Below are positions 51,001 to 60,169 of a DNA stretch of 64,000 nt, piece after piece (positions within the stretch are counted from its first letter, which is position 1; each line of letters begins with the position of its first letter). A program made the position numbers and the translations under genes. Source of the stretch: an uncultured Verrucomicrobiae bacterium (lineage in GTDB: Bacteria > Verrucomicrobiota > Verrucomicrobiia > Chthoniobacterales > JAATET01); contig CAVRCI010000001.1 in NCBI GenBank assembly GCA_963719495.1, forward strand, positions 128,001 to 192,000, given 5' to 3'. The notes under the pieces were generated by a model that saw only the letters and a program-made list of their open reading frames with translations, had not been told where the DNA came from and did no database searches.

Positions 51001-52026
51001 GTGATCGATATCGGATCATCGAACTTTCTGGAGCAGCACAGCTACGCGCACGAGTGGTATACAGCGTCAATCGGAGAGTCGAAGCCCCAAGAGGCTGGGG
51101 GATTTGATTACTCGTTGTTTCTCCGCGATGCCGATTTTCCCGGAGCTGTTGTTGGTCAATCTTTGAAGACGGCGTTTGCTGATGGAGAAGGCTCGGTGTC
51201 GCTGAGTTTGGCTGCACCGCTGACGCCGCTCATGGGCTTCATGACGTTCGGACAGGTGACGGAATCGGGAGAGATTTTTACGCTCACCGAAGAATCGAAC
51301 TCCGGCGTCTTTTTGGATACGACGCTTCCGGCGGAGGTGGAATCCCTGCTTATCACCTACAAGTGGCGGAACATCGGGGATGGCGATTTCCTCAGCGTCC
51401 ATTGGAACGACGAACCGCCGTTGGCGGTCATTCCAGCCGTGAGGGCGGAGGCGCACACGGAGATCGAGTTCGAAGTTCCTCTCGCCTCCTACGCTGGCCA
51501 GACGGGGCGGCTGACGGTCAAGTTAATCTCGCGTAATGAGCGGAACGCGGAGGTTGAGTTGAGCGGGCTGATGTTTCAGACGAGTGACGATGCGGATGGC
51601 GATGGGCTCTCCGCTGCCGAGGAGGAAGCTCACGGGACCGATCCGCAGAAGCCCGACAGCGACGGTGACGAGCTGCCGGACAACGTCGAAATTTTAACCA
51701 CTCTCACGGACCCGCTTTCTCCGGATACCGACGGTGACGGGTCGTCGGACTACGACGAACTGATGGCCGAGACGGATCCGCGATCAGCCGCGTCGGTGCT
51801 GCGCATCACGTCGTTTTCCAGAGTGACTCCTAATCGAACCGAGGTTCGCTGGTCATCGGTCCCCGGCAAGAGCTACCGGGTGCTGCGAGGCGATAGTCCG
51901 CGTGGAGGCACGTATCGGGTGATCGGGCGGGAACTGGCTGCGACGGGCGGTGAGATGATCTTTAGCGATGACACGTCTGACGCTGCAGAACGCGGCTTTT
52001 ATTGGGTCGAATTGGAGCCGTTTTGA
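48097..52026 (+). CDS. Large secreted mosaic protein: RCC1 repeats + Ig/IPT-like + alpha/beta hydrolase + DxDGD repeats + C-terminal domain
   Basis: About seven FIKxDGTLWxxGxNxxGQLGDG repeats; IIHGL and HLIGHSAGG nucleophile elbow; DADGDG/DSDGD/DTDGDG; ends WSSVPGKSYRV...GFYWVELEPF. Start uncertain. Confidence 0.85.
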   Translation: MKIIARGHEALTNLSWKRKSSHKNQSSLGILSTSSCRCWVFALVFALVGVSPETGLGEAKTVSAGYGQSHSLFIKADGTLWGMGSNGRGQLGIESAADQHSPILISENVSAVSAGHYYTCFIKTDGTLWGCGANESGQLGDGTLEDRLVPVLVATDVVCVETLEFNTFFIKSDGTLWAHGRNSYGELGDGASSNQSTPILIASDVLSVAQGGNSFYGPYVLFIKSDSTLWMMGASFFPGQFGDGSMRQRPELVTIDVKSVSAGGEHSAILKTDGSLWTVGANYYGQLGDGTLTRRTSPTLIATGVASVSAGGLVTFFVKNDGTLWAAGPYDVENTLDFYYGSLEPNPNLRMVASDVLSVSARDPYFFIKTDGRLFGMGHNWRGKLGDGTTTFRSTPVLITGSVLTNSRRATVASVTPNPAPLQNAKQLVTITGSGFEPDCGVTLRDHRAGIVYPNRTKISQTGDTEIVLNPNFGAIPAQWSVEVINPDGQSSGVHRFQVGQPVVPGDTIQSFQIVAADAASSAVGTGDFKLATTSASASSLPSRVFRAIATFFDGSIADLTNSSSWRVTGDSRASVDHGTVSLGPGAYATSLNLSASFQGSDGGLYATREVTVVPPFVVGISSEIGEFIQTNVTFYATSPGVSGSAVSHAWTRDGVVQFGSSDSINLNLTTGREYLIGVTAADRDGREDSDYIYFSLNRTALLEPTTSLAVNPKEGSLLDSNESVALFNSTAKKARGVAVIIHGLTDTAFTQIPNELAWPARMAKAIEARLSGSVPYVVMYDWSNMANPNRFRGGDRGFGILPDTVGGYLDNILSIRAYGLAQGKVLADLLIDAAEEGQLDRTKPVHLIGHSAGGFVAGECGLGLKRAGFSKVQVTMLDTPAADEKPFRSRGSGFRLERYIACQFSGAPPNYPPTLYRTIGANKLEVWNRDFESYRRDISNSSGNSTPAFAQYSLDLKLAPDSFYHRYVIDIGSSNFLEQHSYAHEWYTASIGESKPQEAGGFDYSLFLRDADFPGAVVGQSLKTAFADGEGSVSLSLAAPLTPLMGFMTFGQVTESGEIFTLTEESNSGVFLDTTLPAEVESLLITYKWRNIGDGDFLSVHWNDEPPLAVIPAVRAEAHTEIEFEVPLASYAGQTGRLTVKLISRNERNAEVELSGLMFQTSDDADGDGLSAAEEEAHGTDPQKPDSDGDELPDNVEILTTLTDPLSPDTDGDGSSDYDELMAETDPRSAASVLRITSFSRVTPNRTEVRWSSVPGKSYRVLRGDSPRGGTYRVIGRELAATGGEMIFSDDTSDAAERGFYWVELEPF

Positions 52027-52080
52027 AGCGGAACCGGGGCCGGGAGTATTGGCGCTGCCGCACGGTTTCCTGGAAGAGAA

Positions 52081-52137
52081 GGGCCGGGAATGGGGTCAGG
52101 GCCGGGAATGGGGTCAGGGTTCAACTCTTGACAGATT
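52081..52137 (+). repeat. GGGGTC-type element end (family D) with 18-bp tandem duplication
   Basis: gggccgggaatggggtca x2 followed by gggttcaactcttgacagatt. Confidence 0.8.
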
Positions 52138-52149
52138 GCGACGGAATAG

Positions 52150-52290
52150 CCCGATCAAACACCGGGATCTTCCCGACACTCTCACGCGCGAACGCCTTTT
52201 CGCCCTCGAGCCGACGCACCTACTTTCGGCCTGCAACGCTGTCTACCTTGAACTCACCGACCGCTTCCGGTGTCCTCTAATTACGGCAGC
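52150..52290 (+). pseudogene. Remnant of a PIN-domain (VapC-like) toxin C-terminus
   Basis: ERLFALEPTHLLSACNAVYLELTDRFRCPLIT resembles the VapC 'LSAYDAxYLELA..xxPLxT' motif, with the catalytic Asp lost. Confidence 0.5.
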
Positions 52291-52307
52291 CTCAAAACCC
52301 CGGCAAT

Positions 52308-52497
52308 GGGGGTCAGGGCAAGAAAGGGGTCGGTCATTCATATTGACACATTCAAGACTGAGGTCAGGCGTCAATTTCTCCCGGTGGGACGATGGAAGAA
52401 GGATAAGTCATTCATTTTGACGTATTTCCCCTTCGCGGATTGGAGATCGAGCCCGTCGATATGCTCAGATGAATGATCGTCTCTTGCTCGACCCCTT
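52308..52497. mobile_element. Non-autonomous element with family-B ends
   Basis: gggggtcagggcaagaaa then GGGGTCGGTCATTCATATTGACACATT (52326-52352); degenerate copy at about 52400-52427; degenerate right end atgaatgatcg...cgacccc at 52469-52495. Confidence 0.7.
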
Positions 52498-52611
52498 CTC
52501 CGTGACTCTGGTGGCCGGTGCCCGGCTGAAGCAGCGAAATCCCCGCAAGGTCGAGCCGCGTCCGGCCAATCCTCGAGCCTTCGGCGGAGCGAACCCACTT
52601 TTGACCGAACG

Positions 52612-53844
52612 TCAGGCCGTCCGGTCAATGCGCATCGGCACCCACCGTACGTAGGTCCCCATCCTCCAGAACCATTCCATCGGACCGTAGCGGAAAATCC
52701 TCAGCCACCACCCCGACCACATCAATTGCAGGCCCACAATTCCTCCCGCCACGGCCATCGTAGTACCGACCCCCATCGTGCCGTAATACCCCAGCCCGTA
52801 GCTGTAGAACACCCACCCTGCCACGAGGCTTTGGAGCAAGTAATTCGTCAACGCAGTCCGCCCCACTGCCGCCACCGCGTGAACGCCCCGACCGCCGCGA
52901 GTTCCCCAATGCATCAGCCCCACCAGATAGCACCACGCAAGAGCCGTCGCAGCGGGAAACCCGACCAAGCAATAGACCGCCCACCACACCCTTGAATCTG
53001 GTCGGAAGGTCGAACCCCACGCCGCTATCGCGCTTCCAATGATGGCCAGAGCGAGCAGGCGCCCCAGCCCCCACTGCTTCCACTCGCTTCCATCGGGGAA
53101 CCAGCCCGTTCGCACCGCGTCATACCCCAAGACCACCAAGCCCAGAGAGAACGGCCAGAAGACGATCGTCATCCCCTGCATGACGAGCGCTTCAAAAAAC
53201 CGAACGACGACGATCTCGCCAAAGTCGCCAGCCCGATAGGCCTCGTCCAACTTCTCAATCTGTTCACCGATGAACTGATCGAATTCGGGATCTTCCTCAG
53301 AGGGGATTGCCGCCATCGCCGCCAGCCCAAGCACGACGAGCACCAGACACGCCCCCGCCAGAACCCGTCGCCCCCCGGCACCCAGCTTGCGGACCAACAG
53401 CAACGCCAACCCCAACGAAGCGTATGCGCACAAAATGTCTCCCCACCACAAAAACACCATGTGCACGAGACCAATGAGAAACAGCACGACCATCCGCCGA
53501 ACAACCAATCGCCTGATATTCCCGCCCGCCGCCGCCAACCGATCCTCCTGCCACGCCAAGCCCGCACCTAAAAAAAACGCCAAGATCGTCACGCACTTGC
53601 CGACAACCACCACCTCGAGCGCAAAACTCAACCCCAGCACAACTCCCAATGACTGCTTCGGTGGCTCACTCAGAAACGCCAGATAAAAGTCACTCGAAGC
53701 GAATCCCTGGATATTGGCGAAGATCAACCCCAGCACCGCCGCGCCGCGCGCGACGTCCACCCCCACCCGTCGAGTCCCCGCAGGCACCGGCATCACCTCC
53801 GGCAACGGAGGCGGCAACGAATCCGTTCCATCGTTTTCTCTCAT
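52612..53844 (-). CDS. DUF418 (YeiB-like) membrane protein
   Basis: VDVARGAAVLG, WWGDILCAY, VGRTALTNYLLQS and FRYGPMEWFWR. Confidence 0.9.
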   Translation of the reverse strand: MRENDGTDSLPPPLPEVMPVPAGTRRVGVDVARGAAVLGLIFANIQGFASSDFYLAFLSEPPKQSLGVVLGLSFALEVVVVGKCVTILAFFLGAGLAWQEDRLAAAGGNIRRLVVRRMVVLFLIGLVHMVFLWWGDILCAYASLGLALLLVRKLGAGGRRVLAGACLVLVVLGLAAMAAIPSEEDPEFDQFIGEQIEKLDEAYRAGDFGEIVVVRFFEALVMQGMTIVFWPFSLGLVVLGYDAVRTGWFPDGSEWKQWGLGRLLALAIIGSAIAAWGSTFRPDSRVWWAVYCLVGFPAATALAWCYLVGLMHWGTRGGRGVHAVAAVGRTALTNYLLQSLVAGWVFYSYGLGYYGTMGVGTTMAVAGGIVGLQLMWSGWWLRIFRYGPMEWFWRMGTYVRWVPMRIDRTA

Positions 53845-53947
53845 CAGTTTGAACTCCGTGATCGCTTCTCCCGTTCCTTCACCCTACGACGCTCCGCTCT
53901 CAAAACGGTATCCAATTCCGCATTCCGCAACTTATCAGATTGCAATT

Positions 53948-55080
53948 GGGGTCAGTGTGCAAAAACGAATTCTCAGTCCCCGGCATCTATGCGATGCACC
54001 CACTGGACAAATTCTTCCGGCACCTTGCGCAACCCATTCGCTGAATCCGAAATTCGAAGCTGCTGACCTGCGTTGGCCGCGCTTTTCATTTCCAGTCGAT
54101 CCGCGATCCACCCCAACGACGCCGTCGTCCGCTGGCGAATGACTCGCGCCAACTCCACTTTGCGCGGATCACTCCCCATGATCCCACGAAGATCCTCCTC
54201 ACGGAGGCCCGCCGCCCGAAGCCCCCCTTCCGCCAGTTCTTCCGCCTGCTGCAACCCATGAGCCAGCCGCTGGGGAGTGCGCTGGTAGGCTCGCGAGGCT
54301 GGCTTGTCCACCTTGCCCTCCAGCATCTTCCTCAATCTCTCCGCAAACGCTTCACTTCCCCAATACCATCCCCGGCGCAAATGACTCATTCGCGCATCGA
54401 AGTGCTCCGGCACCGCAACCAACCCACTTTCCTTCTTCTCCTGCAAACCCCGCCGGTCCAAGTGCTCCACCATCTCGCGCCGACCGGCCACCGTGTCCGA
54501 ATGCCCCAACCTTCTCAACCCGTCAGCGGCAGCAAGCCACTTTGGGCGATTCATCGGTTCCAAAGCGTACCCTCCAGCCACGCTGCTCCAGCGGTAATCG
54601 AGAACGCTGCCACCCGATTCGATCTTCACAAGACCCGCTCGAATCGGGTTGAGGTGAATGTAATCCAGTACCTTGCCGTAGTATCCAACCTCATCCCCGT
54701 CGATAATCACTGACTTATAGCGATCCCCAAAGACACGACCCCACACGCGATGCCGCAGGTTGAACCTTCGCGTATAAGTATTTTGAACCCACTTCATACC
54801 CTCCACCAGGTTCGGCTCCGGCGTCTCGATCAACAGGTGGTAGTGATTACCCATCAACACCCAACCGTGAATCCCCCATCCGGTCCGCCCACAGACTTCC
54901 GAAATCACCTCGAGGAAGAATCGACGATCATCGTCGTCCTCGAAAATTGCCTCCCGCCGGTTACCACGTGCCATCACGTGATAAAACGCGCCCGCGTATT
55001 CCAATCTCAAACTCCTCGCCACCCGCTAAACAAAGACCGCAAGACGGTATACGGTCAATTGCTTTTTGCACACTGACCCC
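53948..55080. mobile_element. TIR-bounded Y1/HUH transposase element (TIR-associated RAYT type)
   Basis: Left end GGGGTCAGTGTGCAAAAACGAATT (53948-53971) and right end AATTGCTTTTTGCACACTGACCCC (55057-55080): 22/24 inverted match closely enclosing the transposase. Confidence 0.9.
53973..55022 (-). CDS. REP-associated-type tyrosine (Y1, HUH) transposase with C-terminal HTH extension
   Basis: MARSLRLEYAGAFYHVMARGNRREAIF, LMGNHYHLL (HUH), YIHLNPIRAG (catalytic Tyr) and YRWSS; C-terminal SLGWIADRLEM. Confidence 0.93.
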   Translation of the reverse strand: MARSLRLEYAGAFYHVMARGNRREAIFEDDDDRRFFLEVISEVCGRTGWGIHGWVLMGNHYHLLIETPEPNLVEGMKWVQNTYTRRFNLRHRVWGRVFGDRYKSVIIDGDEVGYYGKVLDYIHLNPIRAGLVKIESGGSVLDYRWSSVAGGYALEPMNRPKWLAAADGLRRLGHSDTVAGRREMVEHLDRRGLQEKKESGLVAVPEHFDARMSHLRRGWYWGSEAFAERLRKMLEGKVDKPASRAYQRTPQRLAHGLQQAEELAEGGLRAAGLREEDLRGIMGSDPRKVELARVIRQRTTASLGWIADRLEMKSAANAGQQLRISDSANGLRKVPEEFVQWVHRIDAGD

Positions 55081-57250
55081 CTTTTCCCTGACCCCCTTTT
55101 CCCTCGACCAACCACGCAATATCGTTCGCGTCCAACACCGCCCACCGGTCCGAAGCCAAATGCCAGATGTCTTTTGTCTGGAGGCGATCGTCATTCAGCA
55201 CGCACTTCGCGAATACTCGGCGCATCTCGACGTTCTGAAGCGCCCGACCGACTACCGACCGGTCCGAATCAGTGGCAAAAGGCAGATAGTTCCGACTCTT
55301 CGAAAGCCACACCTCGACCGCGAGAGCCGCAATCTCCGGCACGTCGAGATGATCCAGAGCCTTCGCGAACGCTTGCCCGGCCAATTCCTCCCGGCAATTC
55401 AGCGAATCGAAACAATGCGTCCACTCGATGCACTTCCGGAGCAGAGGGACGAGGTCTTCCGTCCGCACGTGCCGCGGTAGAAGATCAGACAGCACGCGCC
55501 GGTAACTCCCGAAATAGTTGTTTGCTCGCAGAGCGTGGATCGCTGGAAGCGCGTCACTCACGGACCAAATCGTCGGGACCAAACGCGCGAGAGCATCGCC
55601 TCGGATGGAATCTTGCGGATCGTTGCCCACGGTCCCTTCAGCCAGCGGAATCAACTCCGCGAGTCGCTCCTCCGGAACACTTGCGCAAAGAGCATCCGCC
55701 GCAGCTTCGCGAATTTGCTGCGATTCGTCCGAATCGCGCAAAACCTCGAAGTAGTCATCGCAGAGCTCAGGGATCTGACACGCCTCAGCGATGTCGAACG
55801 CGACACGACGCGCGATGATCCCATCCGACCGACTGCGCAAAACCGGATGGATTTGCTCGGCCAATCCAGGATGCGACAACCGTTTGTAAAAAGAGCGATA
55901 CTGCCCGTCGTCGAAAATTTCCTCGCGGCGGGCGCCAGCAAGAATTGCGTCCACCAACTCGCGCTTAAACTCGCCGTTGATTCGCGCGATGTCACTGCGC
56001 AACAGAATCTCTGGTTCGATTTGGAGGAGGTGACGTAAAAAATCCGCGTGGCCTCCCGCAATCCACGCTGCCAACTCGGCCAATTGGGGTGCCACGTGTT
56101 CTCGACCGGCATCCCGTCGACAAAGGAGTCGACGAAGCTGAACGGTGGGAAGCTGAACAAGCCGCAGGGCAGCCAGGCACTCCGCAACCGTTTGATGAAT
56201 AAAGACAAACCGTCCCTCCCCCACGCCGGTGAAAAGGGCTGTTTCGACCACATGGCTCTGAGCAGCCTCAACAACAAGCTCGCGGGAGAACGATTCATCG
56301 TCCAGAAGCCCGTCAAGTCTCACGACTGACCGGCCACTCAGCAGCATCACTGCAGCAAGATTGGCAGCGGACATCAGGCGCTCATCCTCCGTGGGGATGG
56401 CCATCGTCTTACTTCTGCGCCGAGTCAGGCTGGCTCGTTCCAGACTATGCTCGGCATTCAGACGACGCACGGCACTTTCGTAAAGCTCGCGGTGTGACCA
56501 GTCCGTCACCGATCCCGATTGAAATTCTTTCAACAAAAACGACAGCGTCAGCGGTCGTGCCGCCATCGGAGCGACCTGCGCACGATACGCCGCTTCAACG
56601 AACTCATCCGCATTGATCTCAAACGACTCCGCTGCGCTCCTCGCGTCAACCTGCCGAAGAGGGCAGAGCTCCGGGACCAAACGGTCTTGAGGATCTATTT
56701 TCCAAAGATCGAAAAACTCTGATTCCGCCGTGACCGGCCACTCGGCGATTCGGCAGGCCAGCACAACTTTCAGCCGAGCAACCGGGTATCCGCGTAAGTC
56801 GGCAGTAAGCGATTCCACCAACTTGGGTGCTTGGATCATCCCTTCGTCGACGCTGTCGACGAAAAGAGTCGCTGTTTCAGACTCATTGCCAACCCAACGG
56901 TGCCACGAAGGACTTCCAAAGACTTGGTGCCGGAAATCTGCGTAGTCGACGATCTTCAATAGGTTTGCTTCGACGACGATGTCACCACGTTTCTCGTGAG
57001 CCTCGCGAAGTCGCTGCAACTCTGTTGACTTGCCCATCGCCGGCTCGCCGCAGAGAACGATGGGAGCCGTTTCGAACAGCAGCGCGTCCGTGGCACGCAG
57101 GTGTTGGTTAGCTTGAGTCCAAACAGAATCCGACTCCGGATCATCAAGGAAGGCTTCACCGAATCCGCATGAGATGCTTTCCCCACGACGGCACCAGAAC
57201 CGCCGCCAATTTAGAGGTTCTCCGGAAAATAAACGATAATCGGTAGGCAT
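55055..57250 (-). pseudogene. STAND/NACHT-type NTPase with helical repeats, 3'-truncated by the transposase element
   Basis: Walker A GEPAMGKS, Walker B LFVDSVDE, VLACR, RPL and FIHQTVAECLAA. The ORF ends GKGGQGKGGQCAKSN, which is the translated element end. Confidence 0.75.
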
Positions 57251-57319
57251 ATCCGGGAAGCGGGAAATCGTTCGGTGGAGTTACCACTATTCCAATCAAC
57301 TCTGTCCATCCCGTAGAGG

Positions 57320-57645
57320 CCTCGATCTCGGCTACAACCGGAAACCGGTCGCCTTCACCGGCGACCCCACAACCAACACCCGCCTCGTCCCCGAGATCCG
57401 CGTCCTCTGGCAGCACGAATTCTTCAACAACAGCCGCAACATCGGCAGCGCGCTTGACGCCCGGATCCGGTCCCGGCTTCAACACCAGCACCTCCTAGCC
57501 CGGCCGCGACAGCGTCTTCGCGGGAGCCGGCGTCAGCACCCAACTCGGCGACCGCTGGAATGCCAGCGTCTATTACAACGCCGACTTCGGTCGCCAGGAC
57601 CTCACCAGCCACAGCGTCAGCGCCAGCCTCGGCTGGAAGTTTTAG
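57320..57645 (+). pseudogene. Autotransporter beta-barrel C-terminal remnant
   Basis: PEIRVLWQHEFFNNSRNIGSALD, a frameshift, then GFNTSTS*PGRDSVFAGAGVSTQLGDRWNASVYYNADFGRQDLTSHSVSASLGWKF* with terminal Phe. Confidence 0.8.
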
Positions 57646-57708
57646 GGTCGAGCTGGCATCGCTGCCCGGCGCAAACTTGATCGCCCAAACCGACCAAGCT
57701 CATTGCCC

Positions 57709-57758
57709 GGGGAGCGCGCCCGTCCCGGGTGCGAGCGACGGCGTCCCGCCGAAGCTCC
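57709..57758. repeat. REP-like element GGGGAGCGCGCCCGTCCCGGGTGCGAG...
   Basis: The first 27 nt are identical to the segment at 44334-44360 inside carB. Confidence 0.85.
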
Positions 57759-57779
57759 GGGCGGCAGCCGGTCAGCCCG

Positions 57780-58343
57780 CTAAAGCTCGAGAAAATTCCC
57801 CAGCAATCGCTTCCCCTCCGAAGTCAGGATCGACTCCGGATGAAACTGCACGCCATACACCGGCAGATCCTTGTGCCGCAACCCCATGATCTCGCCTTCC
57901 GCCGTCTCGGCGGTGATCTCCAGGCAATCCGGCAGCGTCTCCCGCCGCACGAGCAACGAGTGATACCGCGTCGCCTCGAACGGCTCCGGCAATCCCGCAA
58001 AGACGTCCGTCCCCCGGTGTTGGATCGGCGACGTCTTGCCGTGCATCAACCGCTCCGCCCGCACGACCTCACCGCCGTAAACGTCCCCAATGCACTGGTG
58101 CCCAAGACACACACCGAGCAACGGCACCTTCCCCCCGAACTCCCGAATCACGTCGTTACTGATCCCCGCCTCCTGCGGCGTGCGCGGACCCGGCGACACG
58201 CAGATCCGCTCCGGCCCCATCGCCGCGATCTCGTCGATCGTGATCTCGTCATTCCGCCGCACGACCGGCCCCGCCCCCAACTCGCCGAAATACTGAACCA
58301 AGTTGTAAGTGAACGAGTCGTAATTATCGATAATGAGAATCAT
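57780..58343 (-). CDS. trpG: Anthranilate/aminodeoxychorismate synthase component II
   Basis: [31 protein letters not shown] and GVQFHPES. Confidence 0.93.
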   Translation of the reverse strand: MILIIDNYDSFTYNLVQYFGELGAGPVVRRNDEITIDEIAAMGPERICVSPGPRTPQEAGISNDVIREFGGKVPLLGVCLGHQCIGDVYGGEVVRAERLMHGKTSPIQHRGTDVFAGLPEPFEATRYHSLLVRRETLPDCLEITAETAEGEIMGLRHKDLPVYGVQFHPESILTSEGKRLLGNFLEL

Positions 58344-59845
58344 TTCGTTTCCTCCGCCAAGGTGCGGGCGAGCTCGATGGCCCGCGCCGCCGCCATCGCC
58401 TTGTTCACGCTTTCCTGATACTCGCCCTCCGCCGTCGAATCCGCAACCAAACCCCCGCCCGCCTGCACGTAGGCTACGCCGTCCTTGAGCACGATCGTCC
58501 GCAGCGCGATGCACGAGTCCAGATTTCCATCGAAGCCAAAATACCCGACCGCCCCCGCGTAGACGCCGCGCTTGCTCTGCTCGAGCTCGTTGATCACCTG
58601 CATCGCCCGCACCTTCGGCGAGCCCGACACCGTGCCCGCCGGAAACGTCGCCCGCATCACGTCGAAACCATTGCGGTCCCCCGCCAGTCGACCCGACACC
58701 TGCGACACGATGTGCATCACGTGGCTGTAGCGCTCGACGGTCATAAAATCCTCCACGACCACGCTCCCAAACTCCGCGATCCGCCCGACGTCGTTGCGCG
58801 CGAGATCGACGAGCATGAGATGCTCCGCCCGCTCCTTGGGATCGGCCAGTAGCTCCTGTTCGAGCGCCACGTCCTCCGCCTCCGTCTCGCCTCGCTTTCG
58901 TGTGCCGGCGAGTGGGCGGATTTCGATCAGCCCGTCCGTCACGCGCACGTGAACCTCCGGGGAACTCCCAACGATCGAGAACCCATCCTCGACCCGCAGA
59001 CAGAAGAGATAGGGCGACGGGTTCACGAACCGAAGCGCGCGATACAATTCCAGCGGCGTCCCCGCGAAGTCCGCCTGAAAACGCTGCGATGGCACCATTT
59101 GGAAAATGTCCCCCGCGCGGATGTATTCCTTGGCCGCCTCGACCATGTCGAAATACTGCTCCCGCGTCGTGTTGCAGGCCATCGGCCCCGCCGACGGCAC
59201 GTCGCCCGTGAACATCGGCTTCACTTCGAGCGGCTCCGACAGTTTCCCGAGCGCCGCCAGGATTCGTGACACCGCGTCGGCGTAATTCGCCTCGAGATCC
59301 GTCCCCTCGACGAACGCGTTCGCCATCACCTTCATCCGGCGCTTCCGGTGATCGAACGCCACCATCGTATCCGTCATCAGGTAAAACAGATCCGGCACCC
59401 CAAGCTCGTCCTTCGGGGCCGCCGCGACCGTTGGCTCGACCCACCGCACCGCGTCGTAGGCGAGGTATCCGACCGCGCCGCCACGGAATTGAGGCAGCCC
59501 CTCCTGCGGCGCGATCCGGTATCCCGCCATCCGGCGCTCGAGCTCATCCAACGGATCCGTCGCGGTCTCGTATTCCGACACCTCGCCCCGCTCGACGACG
59601 CGCATCGAGCGGCCGTGAGCGCTCATCGTCCAGCGCGCCCCGGTGCCCACGAACGAATACCGTCCGACGTGATCACTCTGCTCCGCCGATTCGAACAGGA
59701 AGCTCGGCGCATCCGTCCCCAACTTCTCGTAAGCCGACACCGGCGTCTCGTAATCCGTCACCAATTCGCACCACACCGTCACGACATTGGAATCGGCGGC
59801 GAGCCGAATAAATTCGTGCAGAGATGGCTGGAACGAAGGTCTCAT
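58340..59845 (-). CDS. trpE: Anthranilate synthase component I
   Basis: [43 protein letters not shown] and [11 protein letters not shown]. Confidence 0.95.
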   Translation of the reverse strand: MRPSFQPSLHEFIRLAADSNVVTVWCELVTDYETPVSAYEKLGTDAPSFLFESAEQSDHVGRYSFVGTGARWTMSAHGRSMRVVERGEVSEYETATDPLDELERRMAGYRIAPQEGLPQFRGGAVGYLAYDAVRWVEPTVAAAPKDELGVPDLFYLMTDTMVAFDHRKRRMKVMANAFVEGTDLEANYADAVSRILAALGKLSEPLEVKPMFTGDVPSAGPMACNTTREQYFDMVEAAKEYIRAGDIFQMVPSQRFQADFAGTPLELYRALRFVNPSPYLFCLRVEDGFSIVGSSPEVHVRVTDGLIEIRPLAGTRKRGETEAEDVALEQELLADPKERAEHLMLVDLARNDVGRIAEFGSVVVEDFMTVERYSHVMHIVSQVSGRLAGDRNGFDVMRATFPAGTVSGSPKVRAMQVINELEQSKRGVYAGAVGYFGFDGNLDSCIALRTIVLKDGVAYVQAGGGLVADSTAEGEYQESVNKAMAAARAIELARTLAEETK

Positions 59846-60020
59846 CGAGCGGAAGAGACAACCAAGCCCCCGCCCACCACTCAACCAAAATTGGACCGCC
59901 GACCCACCCAGCTCTCTGCAGCCGTCTCGCCGTGTGAGACGCCACGCTGGACGTCCTGACCACGCAAACCACGATCCACCAACCCGGCACCCACAACCAA
60001 CCGCGAAGCGTCCCCGCCGC

Positions 60021-60123
60021 TGTCATGTTGAGCAAAGCGAAACATCTCTGGCCTACACTCCTCCCGTCCCGTCGACCGCAATCCTGAAGAAGCCAGAGAT
60101 CCTTCGCTTCGCTCAGGATGACA
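60021..60123. repeat. Complete REP-like long hairpin
   Basis: tgtcatgttgagcaaagcgaaacatctctggc ... gccagagatccttcgcttcgctcaggatgaca. Confidence 0.85.
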
Positions 60124-60169
60124 CGTGCCACGATGGGCCCCCGCCGGGGCCGCTTCCCCAGTCCCCCAC

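Noticed and set aside
52343..52348. Portable sigma-70 promoter in family-B/D ends (TTGACA)
   Set aside because: No convincing -10 hexamer at the proper spacing in the copies examined.
46612..57250. Classical integron
   Set aside because: No tyrosine-recombinase IntI and no attC-like RYYYAAC...GTTRRRY sites were recognised, and the cargo genes are in mixed orientation.
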